Shown: positions 1 through 8,350, counted from the stretch's first letter. The stretch: 32,000 nt of DNA from an uncultured Candidatus Saccharimonas sp. (GCA_963528875.1 CAURWT010000002.1:90001-122000); one strand, 5' to 3'. Numbers and translations are program-made. Notes: generated by a model from the letters alone, not told the origin.

Positions 1-2
1 TC

Positions 3-710
3 TTGCGTTCGCCACGAATTGCACTAATGCTTGTTGGGCATAGCAATATTCGAAAACGCGATTTTACGCTAGATATTGGCGCTGGAAGCGGTGTTTTTAC
101 TTTTGCCCTTAGCAAGAAATCTGCTCAAGTTTTGGCAATTGAATTTGACCGCGAAACTTTCAAAAAACTCCAAAATAACACTAAAAATTTAGAGAATATT
201 GAAGTTTTATGCGCAGATTTTTTGCGCTTCAACCTTTCGAAATTACCAAAAAATTATAAAGTTTGCGCAAATATTCCTTTTCACTTGAGTTCACCAATTA
301 TCCAAAAGCTTACAAATGCTCAAAATTCACCAAAAAGCATTTATTTAATTTTACAAAAACAATTCGCCCGCAAACTAATTGTGAGTGATAAAAATTTTAC
401 TTCCGCACTTGGTGTAAAAATATTTCCGTTTTTCGAAAGTAAAATTAAAAAACCTCTTCAAAAATCTGATTTTACGCCTCCACCGGCTGTTGAAACGGTA
501 TTTTTCGAAATGAAACGGCGAGAAACTCCGCTAATTTCGAAGGAAGAACAGCCAATTTTTAATGATTTTATTAAAAAAATGTTTGCTGTGCCAGATTTTT
601 ACAAAAAAAATTGCCAACCAAAATTTAAAACTAAAAAACCAAGCGAATTAAAGGGTGAAGAGTGGTTGGAGATATGGAAGTTTTGGCAAAATTCTGATAA
701 AATAGAATAA
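3..710 (+). CDS. rRNA adenine N6-dimethyltransferase family protein (KsgA/Erm-like paralog); 5' end lies outside the window
   Basis: SAM-binding motif LDIGAGSG, catalytic-type motif ANIPFHLSSPII and a FTPPP motif, all typical of the KsgA/Erm family. The frame is open to the window edge, so the M at position 3 is a track artefact. A better RsmA candidate is at 7398-8294. Confidence 0.8.
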   Translation: MRSPRIALMLVGHSNIRKRDFTLDIGAGSGVFTFALSKKSAQVLAIEFDRETFKKLQNNTKNLENIEVLCADFLRFNLSKLPKNYKVCANIPFHLSSPIIQKLTNAQNSPKSIYLILQKQFARKLIVSDKNFTSALGVKIFPFFESKIKKPLQKSDFTPPPAVETVFFEMKRRETPLISKEEQPIFNDFIKKMFAVPDFYKKNCQPKFKTKKPSELKGEEWLEIWKFWQNSDKIE

Positions 711-712
711 TT

Positions 713-2032
713 ATGGCACGGAAAATTAAGTTCGAAATAGCTAAATTTAATAAAATTACGCCTGGCGGGCAAGCCTTAGGCACGCTTGAAAATGGCAAAA
801 AAATCTTTGCTTGGGGAGTTTTACCAAATGAAACCGCAAAAATTCAAATTACAAAAAGTAAATCGAGTTTTGTAGAGGGTTTTGCGGTTGAAATTTTCGA
901 AAGTTCGCCCGAGAGAATTGAGCAAAAAGATAAGGAGAGTTTTCTTTCAACCAGCCCATGGCAGATTTTTAACTTTGATTTCGAACAAAAAACCAAACAA
1001 GAACTAATTTTTGAAAGTTTTCGCCAAGAAAAAATTGAACTCAAAAACCAAGAAGATTTTTATTCTGATGGTAAAATTTTTGAATATCGCAATAAAGTGG
1101 AGTTTTCATTTTGGTGGGAAAAATCTGGAGAAAATGAAAATGATGGCGAGCTAAGTTTAGCATTTTTTAAGCGTGGAGGAAAGGGAAAAATACCAGTAAA
1201 AGGTACGAGTTTAGCGAAGCCAGAAATCAATCAAGCAGGCCAAAAAGTGCTTGCAATTTTACGAGATAGAAAAACTGCAAGTCGAGATTTGAAGACTTTA
1301 TTAATTCGCGCAAACCAAAAAGGTGAAATTTCAGCCCAACTTTATGTAAAAGATGAAAAGTTTGAGCCATTTTCGAAAAAAGAAATAACTAGCCTTGGAT
1401 TTAAAAATTTTGAGATTATTTTTTCAAACCCAAAATCGCCAGCCAGTGTGATAACTAAAAAGATTCAAAGCCAAAACCAAGAGAATCTGCAAGATTCAGT
1501 TCTTGGCGTGAATTTTAATTATGCAACTGAGAGCTTTTTTCAGATAAATCTACCAGTTTATGAACAGGCTCTGCGCGACATGAAAAAATTCATCGATATT
1601 TCAAAGCCAACAGTTGATTTATACTCCGGTGTAGGATCGATTGGTTTAACGATTGGTGCGGGTGATCTAACTTTGGTTGAAATCAACGAGCCAGCAGTTG
1701 AAGAAATGCGAAGAAATATTACAAAGCTTGGGCGAGAAAAAACCGCAAAAGCTATTTTATCACCAAGCGAAAAAGCTTTAGACTTCATTAAAAAAGGTGC
1801 AAATTTAATTGTTGACCCACCGCGAGCCGGAATGAACCGTGAAGTTTGCGAAAAGATTCTTGAGATAGAGCCAGAAAAGGTGATTTATTTGAGTTGCAAT
1901 CCAACAACGCAAGCACGTGATGCGGCAATTTTAAGTAAAAAATATGAGATAATTTACACTCGTGGCTATAACTTCTTCCCACGAACACCGCATATTGAAA
2001 ACTTAATTATTTTGGAACTTAAAAATCAATAA
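713..2032 (+). CDS. 23S rRNA (uracil-C5)-methyltransferase, RlmD/RumA/RlmCD family (TRAM-like N-terminus plus SAM methyltransferase)
   Basis: Motifs DLYSGVGSIGL (SAM binding), VDPPRAGM and the nucleophile motif YLSCNPTTQARD. There are no cysteines upstream of these motifs, so there is no Fe-S cluster; this resembles Gram-positive RlmCD rather than E. coli RumA. Confidence 0.85.
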   Translation: MARKIKFEIAKFNKITPGGQALGTLENGKKIFAWGVLPNETAKIQITKSKSSFVEGFAVEIFESSPERIEQKDKESFLSTSPWQIFNFDFEQKTKQELIFESFRQEKIELKNQEDFYSDGKIFEYRNKVEFSFWWEKSGENENDGELSLAFFKRGGKGKIPVKGTSLAKPEINQAGQKVLAILRDRKTASRDLKTLLIRANQKGEISAQLYVKDEKFEPFSKKEITSLGFKNFEIIFSNPKSPASVITKKIQSQNQENLQDSVLGVNFNYATESFFQINLPVYEQALRDMKKFIDISKPTVDLYSGVGSIGLTIGAGDLTLVEINEPAVEEMRRNITKLGREKTAKAILSPSEKALDFIKKGANLIVDPPRAGMNREVCEKILEIEPEKVIYLSCNPTTQARDAAILSKKYEIIYTRGYNFFPRTPHIENLIILELKNQ

Positions 2033-2089
2033 AATATTTGAAAATATTGATTTTTTATCTTGCTTATGGTTTAATAATATCATACAGAT

Positions 2090-2281
2090 AAATAACAACA
2101 ATAATCGTTCATTAGAAAGGTGGATTTTCAGTATGAACTCAATTAATAAAAATAATAAAAAAGGTTTCACAATTATTGAAGTTGTGCTTGTGCTTGCCAT
2201 TGCCGGACTTATCTTCTTGATGGTATTCCTAGCACTACCTGCTCTACAACGAAGCCAACGAGATACGCAACGAAAGAATGA
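2090..2281. repeat. Left arm of a perfect 192-bp inverted repeat (5' UTR, RBS and codons 1-50 of pilin A)
   Basis: My base-by-base comparison shows 2090-2281 is the exact reverse complement of 3186-3377. A further shared 15-mer, tgcttatggtttaat, lies upstream at 2061-2075 and 3405-3419, separated from the arms by diverged spacers of different length. Confidence 0.9.
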
Positions 2282-2657
2282 CCTAAGTAGAATATTGGCA
2301 GCGGTAAATGAGTATAGAGCAGCCAATAAAGGAAAACTGCCATCTAATCAAGGAGAAGCTACTTTAGGAGATTTCCCGAAGAAAGATAAAGGCGCAACAG
2401 GATTTATAAAAAATTATTTATTCAAAGATGGTGAGGAGATGAAGGATCCAAGCGGGCGGAACTATGCAGTATTCGACAGAACTCCACACAAACTAGAATA
2501 TAATGACTATTCAGAAACTATAGATATTGAATGGTCGGCAAATGGAGTATGTGACCCATCGCAACCAGATGGAGTGAGAAGAGAAGAAGGAAACAAAGGC
2601 AAAGTAGCACTTCGAATAGTTCTAGAAGCTGGTGGATTCTACTGCGTAAATAACTAG
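2133..2657 (+). CDS. Type IV pilin / pseudopilin (prepilin with N-terminal methylation motif), variant A
   Basis: Class III signal MNSINKNNKKG|FTIIEVVLVLAIAGLIFL (G/F cleavage site, Glu at +5) followed by a hydrophobic alpha1-N helix. A C-terminal Cys pair (GVCDPS...FYCVNN) is consistent with a D-region disulfide loop. SD aaaggtgg lies upstream. Confidence 0.88.
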   Translation: MNSINKNNKKGFTIIEVVLVLAIAGLIFLMVFLALPALQRSQRDTQRKNDLSRILAAVNEYRAANKGKLPSNQGEATLGDFPKKDKGATGFIKNYLFKDGEEMKDPSGRNYAVFDRTPHKLEYNDYSETIDIEWSANGVCDPSQPDGVRREEGNKGKVALRIVLEAGGFYCVNN

Positions 2658-2676
2658 ATATAATCTTAATAAAATA

Positions 2677-2708
2677 AAAAACAGCTTTTCGTTAAGGAAG
2701 CTGTTTTT
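2677..2708. terminator. Bidirectional-looking intrinsic terminator hairpin downstream of pilin A
   Basis: Stem aaaaacagctt (2677-2687) pairs with aagctgttttt (2698-2708) around a 10-nt loop. An A-run precedes it and a T-run follows. Confidence 0.6.
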
Positions 2709-2770
2709 ATTGTGGCACAAAATGTGTCTTTAGTATCCGGTAATTCTAAAATAAACTCATTATCAAAGCC

Positions 2771-2800
2771 AATAGAATAGAATAGAATAGAATAGAATAG
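2771..2800. repeat. Pentanucleotide simple sequence repeat (AATAG)x6
   Basis: Six perfect tandem copies read directly from the sequence. They lie in the non-coding centre between the two convergent pilin genes. Confidence 0.95.
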
Positions 2801-2814
2801 ACTTTCACAAAATT

Positions 2815-2840
2815 AAATAACTCCCCAAAGAGAGTTATTT
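2815..2840 (-). terminator. Hairpin downstream of pilin B (minus strand)
   Basis: A 9-bp stem, aaataactc (2815-2823) with gagttattt (2832-2840), and an 8-nt loop. It starts about 24 nt after the pilin B stop. The stem is AT-rich, so terminator strength is uncertain. Confidence 0.5.
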
Positions 2841-2863
2841 AATTAAGTTTTATGGATTAATCA

Positions 2864-3334
2864 CTAACCTTCAACGCAGTTTGCAACGCCATTTTCAGTC
2901 TTAACAGAAACAGCAATTCCACTACCAGCTATGATAGCTCCGTCTGTGCCACATTTAGCTTGGTTAGAAACTTTCATCTCACCGAGTGTAGTTGGTGCAG
3001 CTGCTTCTCCAGTAGCAGTATTAACTGTGTATTTAGAGTTTGTTGAAGGATCATTAAATGTTGTTGTATCATTCGTTGTGATATATTTACTAATGAAGTC
3101 GCTATTTAGACCACCTCCATCCCAAGGTAATTTTCCTCGGTTGTTTGAAGTATAGTCAGTCACTGCTGCGCGCAATCGTGAAGCATCATTCTTTCGTTGC
3201 GTATCTCGTTGGCTTCGTTGTAGAGCAGGTAGTGCTAGGAATACCATCAAGAAGATAAGTCCGGCAATGGCAAGCACAAGCACAACTTCAATAATTGTGA
3301 AACCTTTTTTATTATTTTTATTAATTGAGTTCAT
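2864..3334 (-). CDS. Type IV pilin / pseudopilin, variant B
   Basis: The first 50 residues match pilin A exactly (MNSINKNNKKGFTIIEV...QRDTQRKND). After that the sequence is only loosely similar (ASRLRAAVTDYTSNNRGKLP versus LSRILAAVNEYRAANKGKLP). A C-terminal Cys pair is present (AKCGTDG...ANCVEG). I chose the start at 3334, not the track start at 3433, because the RBS and leader are then identical to pilin A. Confidence 0.88.
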   Translation of the reverse strand: MNSINKNNKKGFTIIEVVLVLAIAGLIFLMVFLALPALQRSQRDTQRKNDASRLRAAVTDYTSNNRGKLPWDGGGLNSDFISKYITTNDTTTFNDPSTNSKYTVNTATGEAAAPTTLGEMKVSNQAKCGTDGAIIAGSGIAVSVKTENGVANCVEG

Positions 3335-3377
3335 ACTGAAAATCCACCTTTCTAATGAACGATTATTGTTGTTATTT
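3186..3377. repeat. Right arm of the perfect 192-bp inverted repeat (5' UTR, RBS and codons 1-50 of pilin B)
   Basis: Exact reverse complement of 2090-2281. Confidence 0.9.
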
Positions 3378-3474
3378 TTGTTTACGGTCTGTCCGTATGA
3401 AACCATTAAACCATAAGCATAATCATTTTGCAAGCACTTTTTTTTAGGATTTTTTAGTTTTCCACAATTTTAAT

Positions 3475-3963
3475 TTATTTCATTAAAATTTTTTTGTAAG
3501 AATACCTTTGAGCTGTTCGCCACGAACCGATTGAATCAGCATTAAAACAGCGAATTTCACCATCGCGGATTTCAGAAATTTCAATAAGAGCAGGGTTATA
3601 AAGCACGCGTTTTTTATAATATCGCAATTCTTCATCTTTCACATCGTGGCGCCCCGGAAATACCTCTAAAAATTGCACCTTAGCACGGTCGTAAAAATAG
3701 TCTTCGAAACCACTTGGCGGAAAGAAATAAGCTGGTTTTAAGTTCATTTTTGAAAGAATATATTGAATATCGCCCAAAGTTGCACGAGCTTCAAGCGAAA
3801 TAAAAGCATAAACACGACCTTTTTTGCTTTTGAAAATTGTGGCTTCGGCTGAATATCCAACCGAAAGATTACGCGAAATAACTTCTTCAATTCCAAAATT
3901 AACACCAAAATGTTTTTGCAAAAATTCTTCAAGATTTTTATCAGAATAAGCGTGATTTTCCAT
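3475..3963 (-). CDS. Hypothetical protein (162 aa), directly upstream of pilin B on the same strand
   Basis: Long ORF that fills the gap between pcrA (divergent) and pilin B. I recognise no family motif. Confidence 0.6.
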   Translation of the reverse strand: MENHAYSDKNLEEFLQKHFGVNFGIEEVISRNLSVGYSAEATIFKSKKGRVYAFISLEARATLGDIQYILSKMNLKPAYFFPPSGFEDYFYDRAKVQFLEVFPGRHDVKDEELRYYKKRVLYNPALIEISEIRDGEIRCFNADSIGSWRTAQRYSYKKILMK

Positions 3964-3993
3964 AAAAATATTTTAGCACATTTTCGAAAAAAA

Positions 3994-4022
3994 TGGAAAT
4001 TTAAAAGAAAATTTGTTATAAT
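3994..4022 (+). promoter_or_regulatory. Sigma70-type promoter with extended -10 for pcrA (leaderless-type geometry)
   Basis: -35 tggaaa (3994-3999), a 17-nt spacer containing the extended TGn (TGtTATAAT 4014-4022), -10 hexamer 4017-4022. Only 6 nt (cgaaaa) separate the -10 from ATG 4029, and there is no SD. Confidence 0.6.
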
Positions 4023-4028
4023 CGAAAA

Positions 4029-6170
4029 ATGGAAATTACGGCAGGATTAAATAAAAATCAAAAAGAGGCGGTAGAAACATTAAGCGGGCCAATGCTAATT
4101 TTGGCTGGCGCAGGAAGTGGAAAAACCAAAACCTTAACGCACCGAATTGCGAATATAATTGCGCACGGCGTAGCGAGCGAGGAAATTTTGGCGGTAACTT
4201 TTACCAACAAAGCCGCACGTGAAATGCGAGAGCGACTTGCCGAACTGCTTGATCGAAACGCAAACGACAGATTCTTTATGCCTTGGATGGGAACTTTTCA
4301 CGGAATTTGTGTGAAGATTTTGCGGCTCAAAGGAGAGGCGATTGGCGTTGCAAACAATTTCGTTATTTATGACGAAGACGACCGCCGAAATTTAATTAAA
4401 AAAATAATTAAAGATCTAAAAATCGACGAAAAAAGCTTAAAGCCACAAAGTGTTTCAAGCGCAATTTCGAACGCTAAAAACCAGCTTTTGACGGCCGAAG
4501 AATTTTCAAACGGTGCAAATTGGGGTTTTGAACAAAAAGTAGCTGAAATTTTCTTGCGTTATGAAGAAGAACGAAACAAAGCTAACGCTTTAGATTTTGA
4601 TGATTTACTTTTTGAAACAGTAAAACTACTTCAACAAAATAAAGAAGTTCGTGAATTTTGGCAAAATAAATTTAAGCATATTTTGATTGATGAGTATCAG
4701 GATACGAACGCCGCACAATATGCAATTATTAAAATGATTGTGAATGCTGAGCAAAATATTTGCGTGGTTGGCGATGATTGGCAGAGTATTTATTCTTGGC
4801 GTGGGGCAGATTTTACGAATATTTTAAATTTCGAACGCGATTATAAAGGTGCAAAAGTGATAAAATTAGAACAAAATTATCGCTCAACTGAGAATATTTT
4901 GAACGCTGCACACAATGTTATTTCGAAAAATCGCAATCGAACAGACAAAAAACTTTTCACCGAGCTTGGTAAAGGCGAGCCGGTTTTAGTGCAAAGTGCA
5001 AGAGACGAAAGTGAAGAAGCCGCCAAAATTGCAGGGCAGATTTTTAGTTTTAAAACTGTTGGCGCACGAAAATTTAGCGATTTTGCAATTCTTTATCGCA
5101 CAAATGCACAAAGTTATAATTTTGAAAAAGCGATGATTCGTTTTCAAATTCCGTATAAAATTTTTGGCGGAACACGTTTTTACGACCGCAAGGAAATTAA
5201 AGATATTTTAGCATATTTGCGCGTGATTTATAATCCGCTCGACCGTGTAGCTTTTGAGCGAATTGTAAATGTACCTGCACGCGGTTTAGGCGCGGTGAGC
5301 CTTTCGAAATTCTTAGATTGGCAAAGTTCGAACGGTTTAGATTTGATTTCGAGCCTGCTTCAGGCAAGCGAACTTTCAACTTTAGCCTCACGAGCAAGAA
5401 AATCTTTAGAAAATTTAGGTGAAATTTTTAGAGAGTGTCAAATTCTAAGCGAAAATTCTTCAAACCCGAGCGAAATTATTGAACGAATTTTGGAACGCAC
5501 AAATTACGGCAAAAACGAAAAACTAACCGAAAACGAAGCAACCGAACGGAGCGAGTATCTTTCAACATTAGTGAGTGAAGCAAAAAATTACGCAGATTTG
5601 GCGAGCTTTTTGGAGGACGCCGCACTAATGAGTTCAAGTGATGCACAAAGTGGCGATGAAGTAAATTTAATGACGCTTCACTCAGCAAAAGGCTTGGAAT
5701 TTCCAGTTGTATTTCTTGCTGGAATGGAAGAGGGCATCTTTCCACACAGCCGAGTTTTTGATGCGGGCGAAGATGATCTAGAAGAAGAACGCCGCCTTTG
5801 CTATGTGGGAATGACGCGCGCGCGAGAAGAATTAATTTTAAGCTACGCTGAATCACGAGCGGTTTTTGGGCAGAGGAATTATTCAAGCCCGAGCCGATTC
5901 ATTACAGATGCCGAGCTGGAATTACCGAAAAAAGATTTTGGCGGATGGAATAATTTTTCAGATGATTACGAAGATGATTTTAGCCAAGAAGTTTCTTTTG
6001 ATGATTTTTATTATGACGAAGCAGGATTACAAATTGGCGACCGCGTAAAAAGTCCAGCTTTCGGTGTAGGGAAAGTGCTTGAAATCGATGGAATGGCAAT
6101 TGAGATTAAGTTCGAAAATGGCAAAATTCGCAAATTAAATGCTGAATTTGCACGCCTTGAAAAGCTCTAA
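4029..6170 (+). CDS. pcrA: ATP-dependent DNA helicase PcrA/UvrD (superfamily 1)
   Basis: Walker A AGAGSGKT, DEYQDTN, QNYRS, TLHSAKGLEF and YVGMTRAR motifs. The C-terminal Tudor-like tail (GDRVKSPAFGVGKVLEI...) is typical of PcrA/UvrD. Confidence 0.93.
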   Translation: MEITAGLNKNQKEAVETLSGPMLILAGAGSGKTKTLTHRIANIIAHGVASEEILAVTFTNKAAREMRERLAELLDRNANDRFFMPWMGTFHGICVKILRLKGEAIGVANNFVIYDEDDRRNLIKKIIKDLKIDEKSLKPQSVSSAISNAKNQLLTAEEFSNGANWGFEQKVAEIFLRYEEERNKANALDFDDLLFETVKLLQQNKEVREFWQNKFKHILIDEYQDTNAAQYAIIKMIVNAEQNICVVGDDWQSIYSWRGADFTNILNFERDYKGAKVIKLEQNYRSTENILNAAHNVISKNRNRTDKKLFTELGKGEPVLVQSARDESEEAAKIAGQIFSFKTVGARKFSDFAILYRTNAQSYNFEKAMIRFQIPYKIFGGTRFYDRKEIKDILAYLRVIYNPLDRVAFERIVNVPARGLGAVSLSKFLDWQSSNGLDLISSLLQASELSTLASRARKSLENLGEIFRECQILSENSSNPSEIIERILERTNYGKNEKLTENEATERSEYLSTLVSEAKNYADLASFLEDAALMSSSDAQSGDEVNLMTLHSAKGLEFPVVFLAGMEEGIFPHSRVFDAGEDDLEEERRLCYVGMTRAREELILSYAESRAVFGQRNYSSPSRFITDAELELPKKDFGGWNNFSDDYEDDFSQEVSFDDFYYDEAGLQIGDRVKSPAFGVGKVLEIDGMAIEIKFENGKIRKLNAEFARLEKL

Positions 6171-6213
6171 AAATTTGACCTTTCGAATTTTATTTGCTAA
6201 AATAGATTTAATA

Positions 6214-7407
6214 ATGCGAGTTTTACAACCAATTTATTTTTATAAAAAACAGATCACAATTGCGGGATTTATCTCGCTTGGATTTTTACTTTTATTAAAC
6301 ATTTTTGCAATTGCTGGGCGAAATTCCGCCAAAGCTAGCGGTGAAGGAAACAAAATTTTAACTGTTTTCGAAAATGGCCAAAGATTCTCTTTTAAAACTA
6401 ATGCAAAAACAGTTCGAGAAGCATTAAATGCCCAAAAAATTAGTTTTTCGAAAGAGGATACAGTTGAGCCAAGCCTTGATGGCGAGCTAACAGGCACAGA
6501 ATATAGCGTAAATATTTATCGTGCAAAACCAGTAATTATTGAAGACGGCGATTCGAAAATAAAAGTAATGACAGCCGCTCAAACTCCGCGACAGATTGTT
6601 CAAAAATCTGGAATTAAAATTCATAATGAAGATAAAGTTGCCTTCGAACAATCTGGTAGTATTCTTGAAGATGGAACAACAAACTCATTAAAAATTACAC
6701 GAGCAAAAGAGATTTTGGTTGAACTTTTTGGTAAAACCGAAAGTTTTCGAACACAAAGCAAAACCGTAGAAGATTTCTTGAAAGAAAAGAATATATCGCT
6801 CACAAAAGATGATGGAATTTCAATTGATAAAAAAACCATAATTTCGAACGGTTTGAGTTTTCGAATTTGGCGAAACGGTAAGCAAACAATTACAACTGAA
6901 GAAGAAATTTCTTTCTCAACTGAAATAATTAAAGATGCGAATAAAGATTCTAGCTATAAAGAAATAAAAGAAGCTGGGGAAAAAGGCTCGAAAAGCGTAA
7001 CTTATGAAATTGAAATGCAAAATGGTAAAGAAGTTTCACGCAAAAAAATTAACGAGACAGAAATTAAAGCTGCTAAAAAACAAGTTGAGATTGTTGGTAC
7101 AAAAGTTAACCTACCAGCTGGCTCGCACAGCGATTGGTTGAGTGCTGCAGGAATTTCTTCAAGCGACCACGGAATTGCAAATGCAATTATTGGTCAAGAA
7201 TCTGGCTGGCGAGTTAACGCAACAAACAGATCGAGTGGAGCTTATGGTATTCCGCAGGCTTTACCTGGTTCTAAAATGGCTTCAGCTGGAGCTGACTGGC
7301 AAACAAACCCAATCACGCAGCTTAAGTGGATGAATTCTTATGTACTTGGTCGCTATGGAAGCTGGCAAAACGCTTATGCCCATAAAAAAGCAAAGGGTTG
7401 GTATTAG
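6214..7407 (+). CDS. Secreted or membrane-anchored cell-wall protein with YabE/RpfB-like architecture: N-terminal TM, DUF348-like repeats, G5 domain, C-terminal lysozyme/transglycosylase-like domain
   Basis: TM segment ITIAGFISLGFLLLLNIFAIA; repeated segments of the type KTVREALNAQKISFSKEDTVEPSLD; a G5-like block (...KEAGEKGSKSVTYEIEMQNGKEV...VEIVGTK). The C-terminus GQESGWRVNATNRSSGAYGIPQALP...RYGSWQNAYAHKKAKGWY resembles Gram-positive transglycosylase / aggregation-promoting-factor C-termini. I chose the start at 6214 to avoid overlap with pcrA. The order yabE-like, ksgA, metS, tatD echoes the Bacillus neighbourhood. Confidence 0.7.
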   Translation: MRVLQPIYFYKKQITIAGFISLGFLLLLNIFAIAGRNSAKASGEGNKILTVFENGQRFSFKTNAKTVREALNAQKISFSKEDTVEPSLDGELTGTEYSVNIYRAKPVIIEDGDSKIKVMTAAQTPRQIVQKSGIKIHNEDKVAFEQSGSILEDGTTNSLKITRAKEILVELFGKTESFRTQSKTVEDFLKEKNISLTKDDGISIDKKTIISNGLSFRIWRNGKQTITTEEEISFSTEIIKDANKDSSYKEIKEAGEKGSKSVTYEIEMQNGKEVSRKKINETEIKAAKKQVEIVGTKVNLPAGSHSDWLSAAGISSSDHGIANAIIGQESGWRVNATNRSSGAYGIPQALPGSKMASAGADWQTNPITQLKWMNSYVLGRYGSWQNAYAHKKAKGWY

Positions 7408-8294
7408 TGGTAAATTTGAAATTTAATCAAAAATCTGGTAAAAAGTTTTCGAAAAAATCCAAAAATAGCGAAAATTTAAACTTAAAAAATAATAAATCAC
7501 TTGGTCAGCACTGGTTGCGAGACAGGGTTGTTCTAGATGGAATTGCAGAAGAAGCTGAAATCAAAAATGGTGATTTCGTACTTGAGATCGGTCCAGGGCT
7601 TGGAACTTTAACTTCTTCACTTTTAAAATTCGCAGGTAAAGATGGTGAAGTTCTCTCAATCGAGTTTGATGAAAATTTGGCAAAAAAACTACCAGCGCAA
7701 TTCCCAGGGAAAAATTTAACCGTAAAAAATACGGATTTTTTGGATTTTGATCTTTCGAAATTACCAAAAAATTATAAAGTTGCTGCGAACGTACCGTATT
7801 ATATTACTTCAAAAATTGTTGAAAAATTACTCACTAGCGAGAATAAGCCAAGTATTGCCGCACTTTTAGTGCAAAAAGAAGTTGCTGAGAGGATTTGCGC
7901 AAAATCTGGCGATTTAAGTGTTTTATCAATTGCATCACAGATTTATGCCGATTGCAAACTTGGCCAATTTGTACCACGAGAGCTATTTACGCCGCCACCA
8001 AAAGTTGATTCGCAAGTAGTAATTCTAAAAATTCTAGAAAAGAATAAGCTTGAGTGTTTTAATGAACAAAATAATGCTAAAATATCAGAAAAACAATTTT
8101 TCCGTATAGTTAAAGCTGGTTTTACCGCTCGACGAAAAAAAATCCTAAAAGCATTAAGTGCAAATTTGGCATTGAGCAAAGAACAAACAATTGAGATCCT
8201 CACACAAGCCAAGGTTTCACCAGATGCGCGCGCACAAGAATTAACTATCGAAAACTGGCTTGAAATTACTCGATACTATTTTGATTCTAAATAA
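7398..8294 (+). CDS. rsmA: 16S rRNA (adenine1518/1519-N6)-dimethyltransferase RsmA/KsgA
   Basis: SLGQHWL, LEIGPGLGTLT (SAM binding), ANVPYYITS and FTPPPKVDS motifs; the full-length family architecture is present. The exact start is uncertain (TTG 7398 or GTG 7407). Confidence 0.9.
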   Translation: MVLVVNLKFNQKSGKKFSKKSKNSENLNLKNNKSLGQHWLRDRVVLDGIAEEAEIKNGDFVLEIGPGLGTLTSSLLKFAGKDGEVLSIEFDENLAKKLPAQFPGKNLTVKNTDFLDFDLSKLPKNYKVAANVPYYITSKIVEKLLTSENKPSIAALLVQKEVAERICAKSGDLSVLSIASQIYADCKLGQFVPRELFTPPPKVDSQVVILKILEKNKLECFNEQNNAKISEKQFFRIVKAGFTARRKKILKALSANLALSKEQTIEILTQAKVSPDARAQELTIENWLEITRYYFDSK

Positions 8295-8350
8295 ATAATT
8301 TTTATTTATAAGCTTAACAATAATTCCAACTTTCTCTTTTTCGAAAAATA

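Noticed and set aside
3-710. Calling the extra KsgA/Erm-family gene a macrolide-resistance erm determinant.
   Set aside because: Family membership alone does not define the target nucleotide. The exact 30-nt identity with the resident rsmA argues for a local paralog. There is no leader peptide or attenuator, and no mobile-element context is visible.
3335-3433. The N-terminal extension of pilin B in the ORF track (start at 3433, adding MQNDYAYGLMVSYGQTVNKNNNNNRSLERWIFS).
   Set aside because: The extension reads through the sequence that is 5' UTR and RBS in the identical pilin A copy. A prepilin leader must be short and end ...KKG|F, so the start at 3334 is the consistent choice.
6139-6213. 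Upstream starts offered by the track for the G5 protein (6139), the PAS kinase (12662) and smpB (25715).
   Set aside because: 6139 overlaps the end of pcrA. 12662 lacks an SD, whereas 12728 has aaggaag 6 nt upstream. 25715 lies inside the predicted smpB promoter. The internal ATGs give N-termini typical of the families.
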